Shown here piece after piece: positions 37,507-50,700 of a stretch of 64,000 bases of DNA. The notes beneath the pieces are model-generated. The model did no database searches and was not told where the DNA came from. It saw nothing but the letters and a program-made list of their open reading frames with translations. The translations under genes were made by a program, and so were the position numbers. Source of the DNA: Mytilus trossulus (Eukaryota); assembly GCF_036588685.1 (NCBI RefSeq), contig NC_086377.1:11718001-11782000 (forward strand). Direction: 5' to 3'. Each line of letters starts with the position of its first letter. Within the stretch, counting starts at the first letter, position 1.

Positions 37507-39659
37507 TTAAAAGGCTTATTAGAAAACATGGATTTAAAACACAAACGTTATGTTTTTGTTTAAATTCCTTGTATAATCCAATAAATCAAGTTTTCTTCGT
37601 ATTAATAAACAGTCTATCAATAGAATGAGATGTGTGCAAAAAATAGACTGATTGTGCACTGCAATAGTACAATCCAAGGTGTTGTACAAGGAATCTACAT
37701 TGAAGGTACTACATATTTTTTTTTTAAATTCCAATGCTTTGATTTCGGAGATAAAATAATCGGAAACCAATCATACTATGATTTTTTTTTATTAACTCTT
37801 GACATTATGCACAGTGCTAAAATAAGAAGGAATTTACGGCTGTTGAATAAGAACTTTTTTTTCCCTTTAGTCGTACATTGTCTTAACTATATGAAAATAA
37901 AATTGAGAATAGAAATGGGGAAAAAGTATACAAACAGGCAGTCGAAGGTTGAATTTTCTTAAACATGCTCTTTTTTTCTCCGTATTTGCCAAATTTAAAC
38001 AGCATCTGGCAAAATTCTTCATTTTCACTTTCAAATTTATAAATTGATGATGTTCTGTCAGTCATTAACTCATGTTATTGTCAACATAATGGAATTTTAT
38101 GCGACTGTCATATAGGTGAGAGGTTAAGCTAGCTATAAAATAAGATTCAGTCCCCCGTGTTTAACATGATTAAATGCGTGTACCATGCCAGGAATATGAA
38201 AGCTGTTTTCCAATAGTCTGATCTTTTGAGTTTCTGATTTTGCTATCTAATAAGGGACTTTCCGTTTTGAATTTCGACATTTCTGTTATTTTTCTTTTCA
38301 CGTTTCAATGAGTGCTACTATCTGATATTTCCAAATAAATTTAGAATAAGATAGATATTTTCATCGATATTGTCTTCGATATTGACTCAAATGGTCAACT
38401 TCAAACTAGAATCTGTAACATACACAGCGATAACACAAAAACTCAGCTAAAGAAACCAAATTAACATTCGGCCATTCCAGTTAATGCCTGCTAAAGGGTG
38501 ATGGATGGTCCTTTCTGAGGGGTGAATTTTTATATCTGATAGGTAGTTTTACATGATGTTTTTTCTGATATGTAATAAAATATCTTCCAATCCGTCGAAA
38601 CCTGTCAGAAATAAACTGGAATGGCCCATTCAAACTCATATGTCAAAAAACAACTGACAACGATATGGCAAAAACGGAAGACCAAAACGAAGCAAAAGAC
38701 AAACAATTGGTGCAAGACAATACACAGTAATTTAAAGAAACAGGCACACGATTCCTGGTTACCCAGAAGAGGACGAAGATTTTTCTCTATGTGTGGCAAC
38801 TGTTCCGTTTCTCATATAAGAACAAATCCGATAATTAGTCTTATTCGGTAGGACACATTCAGGGACAATTTCCAATTGTCAAGGTCCATCCTCAGCAATA
38901 GTAGACCCTCTATCGCACCTTTGGCGTTTAATGTCGCAGATTTAGAGTACTTACACTCAAGCATTTTCACACTTTACGAAATTTATTTACAGGGCGATCT
39001 TAAAAAAAGACTGCTACGACAAAGTAATGATTATAAGGAAGAACAACCGAAATTGACAATCACGTTACGCATCTGGTCTGTTTCCTTTGTACTTACTAAT
39101 TTTATTCGTAAAATAAAATGTAGGCAAATACTACATCCAACATACACATGTTACAGTGGCGGAACCTGGTGAGCGTATATACATCTCTGTTTATCACCAA
39201 AGCGAATATTATTTTCCTCACGATAAAAGGTCGTCAAAAAGTTGTATAATACAAAAGTGCTAAGTAATTTCGTTCCTTACACAACGCAGAACCCCCTGAC
39301 ATATATTTTAGTACTGAAATATTTAGAGACAGTCTTTAAGCAGTTGCATTTATATTGAGCAAGGAAAATGCTCTTTAGACAAGACTTTTAAATTCAATGT
39401 GTCTCTACAATTTTTTTTTTAAATCAAAGGACAAGATTAGTTCTTAATGGTATAAATGTATAAGAACCTATATGAATTATTTAAACAATAATTTTTAAAT
39501 TTCATTTTTTTTTACACAATTTGTTATGTAAGCTCAATGTTTCGTTTTAAGATTTAATGAAGGAATACCTTGAAGTTAGTTTCACATTGCAATCAAAAGC
39601 TGATTTTCTCAGGAGAACCAGTCTAACTTTTAAACTTAGAGAAAGTAGTACTATGATGA

Positions 39660-39815
39660 CACAACGTTTTGGAATTTTGGATCCTTAATGCTCTTCAACT
39701 TTGTACTTGTTTCGCTTTATAACCATTTTGATCTCAGCGTCACAGATGTGTCTTATGTAGCCGAAACGCGCGGCTGGCGTATGAAATTATGATCCTGGGA
39801 CTTTTGATGACTATT
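39660..39815 (+). mobile_element. Decayed retrozyme-family fragment
   Basis: GCGTCACAGATGTGTCTTATGTAGCCGAAACGCGCGGCTGGCGT (mutated hammerhead). Ends ...GACTATT like the other copies. Confidence 0.75.
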
Positions 39816-40456
39816 CTGATCCAGACCAATCTTATAATTACATATGGACTATTATAGTATGTATGCTTTAGATAAGAAACAGTTGTCGACTGTAAAATAT
39901 AGAAATTAAATAGAACTGATCCGGAAACTGTTTTGCTTTCAGAGTTATATATTTTAAAGCTAAAGATGTATTAGTAAAGACATACTTGAATGAACAAGTT
40001 TTTTGAAGAGGAACGTCTTTGATATATACGACAAAGACAACGATATTTCATGTGGGCGTGTTTTGAAATTGAAATCGTTTGTAAAGATATTTGGATTTTA
40101 CTCAACAGTAATCAGTGCTCCAGCTATAATTAAAAGGGACAGGATTCCAGTGGAGGGCAGGATACTTTTTATATAATAGAAAAGGTATCGCTCATTTCGT
40201 TTGTCTACGTTTCTGGGCATATCACTAGTTTTCATGCGTTTGTTAACTGTACATGTTGCTATTTTAGATGCATAAGTTGTTGTTTTGATTAATTATTTAT
40301 TCTATAAAATTTGCATTAGAACAGAAAATAAATTAATTACTGTAATTAATCTCGACAGTAAACAAGGGACAAGAAGGAATATCCGTCTCATAACAAACTA
40401 TGCCAATGAACAATAATAAAAGGTGTAATTATTTGAGTTAAATGTCGAGTTAATTG

Positions 40457-41407
40457 TAGTCCAGTCAATCTAGCATAAATTTGACCCTAACCCGAAAGTA
40501 ATTGCAACAGAAGATATTTAAGTTTTAATCTTTAGCACTATACCCCAAATATACACAGAAAAAAGTCCAATAAAATCTAGCTTGACAAAGATTAAAAAAA
40601 TTAACGATTTAAAATTCCTTTGGAGATTTGCATTGAAAAGGGAGGTACTTCTTGCAAAAAAGGCAGAAATATCACTAAAAATTTATACAAAATTATAACT
40701 TTACCGCTTCTGTTCATCAAAATGTATTAATTCTTGATATTTTAGCTGTCTTAAGAGTATAACAAACAACTCTAAAGGTGTTTTCATATATTTTATCAAG
40801 CTATAATCTAGATTTCATAATTCATTAGTCTACCATTTATTCAATTTTTCAACATGTTAATGTAAAGAATCTCAAATTTAATAAAAATAATTGAGCATGT
40901 ATTCTTCTTTTTGTTGTTTAAAGTTTCTTTAGATCAGGAAGTTGCTGAAAAAATATAATATACAGATATAAACAATACCAAATTTTCACATTATTTTTTT
41001 TCAAAATGGTTACAAAGCTTCAAATTTGCATTTTCTTCAATGAAAAATGTCCTGAAAAATAAAACTACCCATAACAATTTTGTTTTGTACATTTCATGAG
41101 CAGAAGATTATATAAGTTAGTCAAATAAAAACTTAAAACCCCATCACAGTATCATACTTTTCATAAATTTTAAGAAAAACAACCAAAAACTGACCAAAAA
41201 AGACTCATTTTTGTAAGAACTATCTCCCCTTACAATATATTTTTCTATAGGAAATTAAAAATACTGATTTTGAGTTTTCCTCAAGTTAGATTTTTAGATT
41301 TTATGGGACTTTTTTCTCTGTATATAAAGGGCATAATGCTATAGATTAGAACTAAAACATTTTCTGTTGCAATTAGTTTGAGGTTAAATCTTAGTTTGAC
41401 TGGACTA
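40457..41407. mobile_element. Non-autonomous DNA transposon with TAG termini and 3-bp TSD (Academ-like)
   Basis: TIR TAGTCCAGTCAA / TTGACTGGACTA extending imperfectly for more than 100 bp. TTG on both sides. Confidence 0.7.
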
Positions 41408-43729
41408 TTGAGCCCAAACTATGCATAGAAGATTTAGTTCAGACAAGGAACTAATGGGACTGATCAGATCAGATAATGGAATTTCTGGATTGCTCAGCTT
41501 TTGTTATGGAAAATTGTTCATTCCCCTTAACTGACTAACATGAGACCGTACGAGGACACAATGAAATGAAAATATAAATACAAAAGTCGTAGTTGTATTG
41601 AATCTGTTAAAAATAACTTAACCGATATGTCGGATTATTTCGATAGCGATTGTATAAGTCTTGGTTATTGCGATTTTTCATGGGTTGAACTATACCATTG
41701 ACTTTTTAGGATTCGCGTCATGTGAGGTAAACACTTTATTCATTAACAATTATATATTGAGATGTTACACCTTCGTTGCCAATCGTTGTAAATATTTAGA
41801 ACATGTTAAAAAACTTTATCAACAAAAATATCCGATGTTGGTGGGGTTCGTGTTGGTTATTGTTTAGTCTTATATGTTGTGTCATGTGTATTATTGTTTG
41901 TATGTATGTCTGTTTCATTTTCAGCCATGGCGTTGTCAGATTGTTTTCGATTTTTGCGTTTGTCTGTCCATATGGAATTTTTTTGTCCCTCTTTTACATA
42001 ACTGAGCTTCATGAAAAAAATTCCAGCGTGAGTGAAAGGTATATCTCGGTGTAAAAACTTCACTAGTCAATGTATGCTTATTAATCCAACTAATCATGAG
42101 TTTGTATGAAAGACAATATTAAAAAATCATCACTGAAAAAAACAAAAACGGAACAAAAAACATCTTTCTTTTCAGTCAAAATTCAGCGAAAATATCATAA
42201 CTTTTTAACGATTATTAAACAATCTAAACGACTATATTTTTATAAACAATAATGTAAACGCTCTAAAAAGACATCATTATATTATAAAACTTTCTTAATC
42301 AATCTTCCAAAGGAGCGATGAAGGATACCAAATCTACAGTCAGACTCATAGATCGAAAATAAACTGACAACATATTTGGTAAATAAGAAAAAGACAAATA
42401 GACAAAAAAAGTACACACGACACTTTTTCTATTGTCTATTCTGAGTCATTCCGGAAAGAGAAGTTAAGGTAACCAAATAATGATGAGACGATCAGTTGCC
42501 GAGACAAACAAGGGCGTTTTATCAATCAAAGTACTCCGATTTTCGTCTCTTCCTTTCTTCTTCATGTGGAGACTATTGAGATTGAACACAATCATATGTG
42601 AACTTTGGATGCAACTAGTTGTTAAATTTGTTCTCCCGGCATAGACAGATAAGTTGAAAGTAGAAAGACAACACGTCTCGCACTTGGTCCTCTGTGGGAC
42701 GATCGGTTGAATAAACCGTTTCTTTCTCGACAATTTACAATTCTGCAAACATCATTATTAGTTCACTTCTTCTAACCAACTAATAAGTGAAAGGTGAAAT
42801 GAAGAACGGGCTTGTCGGTATATTTATGAGTTAAGACTGACTGATGTATGGAATTATACCGAGTTCCATACGGAGTCCAACTTAGAGACCCCAGTAAATT
42901 AAATACTAGCAAATAACATTTTTTTGTGTTGTAATTTGACAAGGTTAACTGTAAGGTTCCTTTCCAAATATATATTAGTAAATTATACTATATAGGTATC
43001 TTAAACTTACATACTTTAAAACCCCTGCTTAGACATTTGGGGGGCATTGAAACCCAGCTTTTTTTCTATTTTTAACTTGTAAACAAATATTTTCTCCTCC
43101 TTTTGCTTTTAGAGTTAACCTTAACCACAATTAATATTTGAGTACTATCTTGATTGAAAAATGTATACAATGACCGTGCCCTACAACCAAAATTGCCCAA
43201 CTGGTAAAAAAAGAACACAGGGTTTTCTATAGAAGACTATAGGAAAAATGTCACAATGGTCACACCTTAAAAACTAGCTATTAGTTCACCTTTTCTTTCA
43301 GCATACGTATTTTGAGTGAAAGCCCCGCAGACCAGGTGTGTTAGTTGGGGTCAGGGAACCCCTACCCATTTTTTAAAAGGATGTACCATAACATTAAAGG
43401 CATTTCGGTATTATGCAGGCATTGTATTTTTGGTTAATTATTTAGCAGGCATTTATAAATGCATAAGTGCAGATGTTTAAACATGCTCTGCAAGACCGAA
43501 TAATTTGAGCAATTTTGCAAACGCATAATGGTATAAAGATGCTTTTGTCTCTAACCTCTCTGTTCATGTATCTGTTCGTCTGTTGAAATTCTATATAGTA
43601 TCTATTGTTTTGATTAATGTTTATTCTTGTCCATGTCAGTGTCAGTAAGTTTTTATCACATTTACTGTCAACACATAAGGTAAAAAGCACCGTGTTACCA
43701 CTATTAATATTATAACCGGCTATCTCTGC

Positions 43730-44073
43730 ATGCCACTGCTGGTGGATGTTTGTTCCCGAGGGTTTCGCCAGCCTAGTAGTCAGCTCTTCAGTGGTGACAT
43801 GAATATCATTATATGGTCAGTTTCTTTTTATGAATTTCCTGCTACAAATCTTAGATTTTTAAAAAAAAAACTACGAATTTTCTTATCCCACGAATAAATT
43901 AACTTAGCCGTAAATGGCACAACTCTTTGGAATTTTGGGTCATTAAAGCTCTTCAACTTTGTACTTGTTTTGCTTTTATACTTTTTTTGATGGGATCGTG
44001 ACTGATGAGGCTTAAGAAGACGAAACGCGCGTCGGATGTGTTAAATTATAATCCTGGTACATTTGATAACTAT
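43730..44073 (+). mobile_element. Diverged near-full retrozyme-family monomer
   Basis: Colinear with 53345-53695. Core CTGATGA-GGCT..AGAC-GAAA-CGCGCGTC is retained but stem I is degraded. Confidence 0.8.
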
Positions 44074-47000
44074 CTGCATAGTGAAGGGTAGACAACAACC
44101 ATTCAAATGAAGGTTGTCCTTTTCATTTTTAGCCATGGCGTTGTCAGTTTATTTTCGATTAATGAGCCTGTTTGATTATTTGTTAATTGTTTATCTACAT
44201 GATCTATAAACCTTATCACATAATTTTACTAAGCAATTAAGCAAAGCACCACAGTCATTAAGTGTTTAAGTATACCAAACTAACCAACATTCTTAAAGTC
44301 TACATATATTATCTGAAAGAAAGGAAAATTGTCACATGACTTGACATGCACAAGATAAATTAAACTAATTATTTCATAGTTCATCTTGCATTTGTAATTA
44401 TTCAAATAATTGCAGTCAAGACTAGGAATATTTGTGTTGAATTTTCCGTGCATATAAAAAATTATATAATTGAAGTACGCCAAACGCAAATACTATTAAA
44501 GAAGACGACGACAGACCAGTACTATATTATAGATCGTTACAAAATGCGTGGAGAAGATTTTATAATTGCTTCTTGTGATTGAAATTACAATCGAAACAAA
44601 CAGATTATACCATTTACTATATCAGAGTTTGACGTTGCTAAGCATACAAATTCAAGAAGAATATATAATGACGTCATTATTGTCCAATGAAAAATAAGCA
44701 TGAAAAAGTACGGGGTAATAATCTTTGAAACTATTGACTGGCATAGAGTCTGTGGAATGAAATAGCACAACTGTTTCATTATTTTTATATATAAAAAACA
44801 TACTGAGGTAATATAATACCATAATATGATAATTGTTGTTAGACTGCACAAGGGAGGACATACAAAGTGTAAAATAATCCGACTTTATAACGAAAAAAAC
44901 AAACTGACAACATAAAAACTAGCTGTAAAAATCAATTACAAACATTGTTACGAGTATTATAGTTCTACTATACTCATAGAAAATACACTCAGTTACTTAG
45001 AATATTAAATTACGACTTAATATTGCCAATACGTTTGTTAATGGTTACTCTAGTTTTACGGTTGATGTCTTTTGAAAATGAACCTCTAAATATTTGACAC
45101 TTTTATTCATGAATATATCTTCCACATATAAACATTGTGAATGAACATTAACAAAAGTTGTTAAGATGGTAGGTGAGTAGTAAATAAAAATGATAAAATG
45201 TGTACATCAGCATTTGCTCAGACGAAGAATGATATGTTCGAACATATACTAAAATGATAGCTAGGTCACCGAGCTGTTGTGGATAAATGACACAGTTTGT
45301 ATGGTTTATATAGAGCATCATAACGTGAATAGAAAGTAAACCAAATGGTAGAATTTTGAAATAGATTATGATAACATAGCTCATCTAAAATGCTTTCAGA
45401 ATATAGTAAGGAAATATATGGTAACTGTACGTTTTTTCTGCTTTAATATAAAATAGAAAGTTTTCATGAAGATATGCAATGTTTAAAAAATCAAAATCAA
45501 GCACATATATTGTACTTTAAATATAAGTAATTATAATACACAATGCTCCTTCACTTTGTACTTTTTTTGGATTTTTTAACGTTTTCAGATTCGAACCTCA
45601 CTGATGAGTCTTTTTTTTTTAGATGAAACAGGCATCGGGCGTACATATTAAATTAATCCTTGTATCTATGATGAGTTTTTATACAGTTCATATTCATTTG
45701 TTTAATAACATGAGAACTCTCACAAGTTACATTTCTTTCATCGAAAGGAGTAGGTCCAGTAAAACCACTTTTTGGCCCAAAAATATAGCAGTTCTACAAA
45801 ATTATTAAAATGTAACTTTTTAGTTATTTATTGGAAAGTAAAATGCTTCTGCTATATAAATATGGGCTATTTTTGACAATACAATGCCAATATATCAAGT
45901 ACTACCTCATTTAGTCTTGCTTAATTACTGAAATCGTCACAATTTTAGCATTTTAGTTAAATTTTAGACGTTTTTGTCTCAAATGAAATTGGTTGTATTT
46001 GTATTCATTCTTAATAATAAAATATAAAATTTACTTGAGAATATTACATAACATATATAAAGGTTTAGGATGTTCACAGATGCGATCACTTTCATTTTTG
46101 CCAAAAATCCTCTAAAAAGTGATATTTTTTGGCATATTTGATAGATTTTAAATATCAAAGCCTGAATCAGAGCGTTTTTTATGATTGAATCGGTTAAAAT
46201 CTTTCACATAAACTAAGTGAATTAACTTAAATAGACACTTCAGTGTTTAAAATGTGTTTAACATATTTCGTTAGATGAACTTGAAATTTGAGGCAAAAAT
46301 CGTCTCTTGCAAGGTAAAAAAAAACCCACCCGTACTACTTACCTATTAGTGTATTGATGAATGATTGTTTGGTTAATGTAGCATATACCACTTCTGATAA
46401 TTTGAATTCTGTTTCATTCCAATGGATTTTCAAGTAAGTGCTCCAAATGTGGAATATGATCATTATCATCATTATTGCTAGTATCATAATTATATATTCA
46501 ATTTAGTTAAATCCTTTTGATCTCACGCATATGTTTCTTGCATGAACATTGAAGATATGAAAGACTCTACAGCCACATGGTGAATCGAAATGTAAACACA
46601 GGCAACATAATTCTAACAGACTAATCTGATTCAAGTATAACATATATTTGTTGACATGCAAATCATATAAGAATCATTGAATTATAAGTGATTTACTTTT
46701 TAAGACTTTTGATGATATGATAAGAACATGAATGACATACTATTATTTCGATACTCATGCCATGTTCCTGAGCATATAAGACAACCACAAATCATGATCA
46801 GGTTTACTTCAATCAGTTTTCCAGAACGTCCTTTTCTTATAATACCCAATGTTTTATTTACATGTAGTTACATACAGCAGTGTTGGAGTACATGGAACAC
46901 ATGCATACTGAACATTCGGGAATAAAAACAAATTTAAGGATATAATTCGCCAATCAGACAAAGAACACACTCTAAATTATAGTATTTGTATGCATCAATT

Positions 47001-47731
47001 CCTGAAATGTTCATCATTCAGCAATTTCAATAAAATATCCAAGCAATAACTGAAATCTTTGTTTATAAATGATTTTTCCTGGAGTTGTTGTTTTCCTTCT
47101 GTCATGACTCAGTTTATGCTGCTGCTTGAAATGAAGCTTTTGAGCAGAATTATCCTAATCAATATGATGGACATCTGTCTTAAAAGGTTAACTGACGCGC
47201 TGTTGATAACGTTGACCGTTATGTAATCGTTTTGTGACATCAAACCATGCTTATGTTGCCAAGGTGAAGCCACAATACCGTGTTGTGTTCGCTAGTTACT
47301 AAAACAAAAACGTATCATTGAATCTTTATATTATGAACACCATGATAAATTTTTATGTTCACTATATGTTTCCCTGACAGATGTTTGTTATTTTTACCTT
47401 TGTATGATCCCTCCTAGTGAACAAACAAGACTGATGTTGAAGTCAGAAGCCCTACAAAATTATATTCTGGAGTTTTGATAGTGTATTTAAAACATTTGTT
47501 AGGCTTAAAACTCTATAAATGACTTTGATTATGATAAAACTACTCCTGACAGAAACAACATTTTAGTTAACATTTTGCAAAGATTATTTTATTTGTAGCT
47601 ATAATCATAAATTATATCAAATAAAAAAATGTGTATATACAAAAAAAAACCATGAGGATCATAAGTTAAGAAGGAAATACATTTCTACTCCTATTTCTTT
47701 GTCTGGTAAATGCTTGTTACAGACTGTCTCT

Positions 47732-47759
47732 TTAATGTTCTTTGATATAACTCATAAAT
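47732..47759 (-). CDS. Micro-exon gene, terminal coding exon ((G)FMSYIKEH*)
   Basis: CATTTTTTCAG acceptor, TAA at 47734-47732, and AATAAA at 47593-47588. Confidence 0.7.
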
Positions 47760-50700
47760 CTGAAAAAATGGACAAATATTATCATTGTAATGTATGCACC
47801 ATAATTACATTATATCAATCCAAAATACTCGTACAAGTATAAATTTGTTGTTTTTTGTACTCTATGCGATTTGATTGCAATTGGTTTATTCTTCATGAAA
47901 CTAAACAGTATGTATGTATGTTCTGCTAAAATATTGTGTCTCTCAGTCCTGGCGTGGTTTGATTAAGCTACCCTGGTTTATATACTTACTAAATCAGGAG
48001 AGACTGTTGTTTATGTTGGTTCCGTTGCTTGCTCTTGAATTTGGTCATGATTTGACTAGATAATAAGTAGGTTTTGATGTTGACATTCGGTTTTTATTGT
48101 ACAAACGTCATAGAAGTCAAAGCTTCCGATTTGTTGAATATCGTACTCTATTGTTCAAGTTGTATTTAAGACATTTTTTTAACAGTACATGTTAGCTCTG
48201 TATAATATTGATTTATTCAGCTTATATTTATACTTTATACGTTGAGATGTTCTTTGTTTGGTGAGTAAATATCAAGTATAATAGCTTACCAATTGTTTTA
48301 AATGAAAACACGTTATTTCAGGACAGTCATTAAAACTAACTAAACAATAAGACAAGTGTCCCTCTAAAGAATATATTTGTAAACATAACGTATGTCATCC
48401 ATCTTCTCTATGAAACGCAAGTGAAAAGATTGTCTGCAGCAAAAATAACATAGAATATGTGGTTTGATTTTTAACGAGACATTTCTCCAAGAGAAACCGA
48501 ACGACAGAAAAATTGACAATTATAGGTCACAAAACCTTCTCTAACAACGAGACCCGAAATGGCAAATGTAAAACAATTCAAAAAAGAAACTAACGGCCTA
48601 ATTTTTGTTCAAAACTAAAACAAAAATATGTGAATTACAGGCTGTTCACTTGTGATAGGCACATACTCATAATTACATTAAGTAATGCCTATCATATGCT
48701 AAATGGAAGAATAAAACAAAAATACGCATGTCATATTTAATTTAACTGATAAACTAAATAAATACTTTAATCTCTAGGTCGTTGTATGACGATTTCATAC
48801 TATGAACTGTCAAGTCATCGAAGAGCAATATGGATTGTAATTTTTATCTGCAGTACTTACCCGCCACATGAACATCTACAATGAGAAAAGACTTAATTAT
48901 ATAAAAACAAGTCGCTCGGACATCATTATTAAACTGTACGTTAATTGGTTCAACAGTTAAACAAAATGTATAACTATTTAATGATGAAACATAAGATATT
49001 CATTGGATTTAAAGCTTAATATATGAACGTTCTAATATAAGCCACAATACACAAGTATTGGAGAGACTTATGTAATATATGTAATCATCTCTTTCTGATG
49101 TTATTCTTAAAAAAACAGAATTCAAAATATCGCCTAGCTTCTTATAACATTAATAGAATAATGTCTTTTTTTTTAAACTGGCTTTATATTTTCCCATTCG
49201 TCAAAAACACCACTCACACCATTCACTATATGGTGTCCATTCATTCTTATGTTCTGTAAACGTATCACAATATACTTATCTGTTTGGTACATAACACTTA
49301 CTGACAACTGAAAAATATAAAATAAAGTTTGAAATATAAGGAAAAACTTCACAAAATCCAAATACATATAAAACATCTTCTCAAAACATCAGTTATCAAT
49401 TTGCTAATTTTAAATATTGCTTTAAATTGCTTGTTTGTTGCTTAGATGAAACTGTGTGAATATTGTCGCTATTCAAACGATGCTTAAATATAAAAAAAAT
49501 GACAAACCAAGTTGTTAACATAACTATCTCCCCCCAAAAAAGTAAATGACTGTTCAAACCGTTTATTTCTTTTGTATTCTGTACTTGTTTTGACTTTCAA
49601 ACTTTTTTCATCTGAGCATAGTTTTCTGAGGACGAAACGCGCGTCTGGCGTATACATTTATTTTAACCTGGTACCCTTTGTTTCTGTGTCCTTTTTTTCT
49701 TCGATTTATTTATTGTAGCCCTGTCGTGTAATGTTGTCATTTTAATGTTATTATTAACATTACCATTAAAGCGGGAGGTTTGATATGCCACAAAAACAGG
49801 TTTAATCCACCATTATTTCATAAAATGCCTTTTTACAAAGTCAGGAAAATGGCCATTGTTACTTTATAGTTCGTTTCTGTGTGTGTTACATTTTGGTGTT
49901 GAGTTTCTGTTGTAATGTAGTTCTCTTATATTTGATATGTTTCACTCAGCTTAAGTTTGTAACCCGGATTTTTTTTTCTTTATCGATTTATGAATTTCGA
50001 ACAGCAGTATACTATTGTTGCCTTTATTTGGAGACGAAACAATTCATAATAGCATCAACTTTTTCTGTATGTGTTTTGTTTCTATGATGCTTATTGTAAT
50101 CATATAGCAATCATATAGCAATCACATAGCAATCATATAGCAATCATATAGCAATCATATAGCAATCATAGTACTGTAGCAAAAAATCTTAACTAATTAT
50201 GTCTGACTTGTTTCGCTTCGTCAAGTGCACGTTACTTTTATCAACATAAGCGCTTCGGGCGTTTTGAATTTTTTAAAGTGTTTTGCTTTTTTTGATAGAC
50301 AGAATAATTATGGAAACACAAAACATACAGAATTGTCGACATTCTTTTCAACATATGTTTACAAAACACGGGCAGTACACATAAACAAACACATGGCTGA
50401 AGGTTTTAAAACTCAGTCCCGAATTTCAAATCATGTCTTATAACTTAATAAACAGTAAACTCAGAAAAAAACTCTGAGGAAATTTCAAAACGGAAGGACT
50501 CTAATCAATTTATTCTCATATTTGAAAAGCTGAGAGCTGTTATTTAAGTACAAACATGCTGTGATTTGACTTTTAATCTTTATAAAAGGGTTATTTGAAA
50601 AAAAAAACACAAATAATAGTTATCTACCAATCAATTTAAAAACACTTCTTAAATATTTATCTTCATAAAATGGTACTAGTATGTTTATTGTTAAATTTTA

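Noticed and set aside
36000-47500. Numerous 60-110 aa ORFs in the track
   Set aside because: Low-complexity AT-rich translations or repeat fragments, with no domain motifs or consistent splice phases that I could find.
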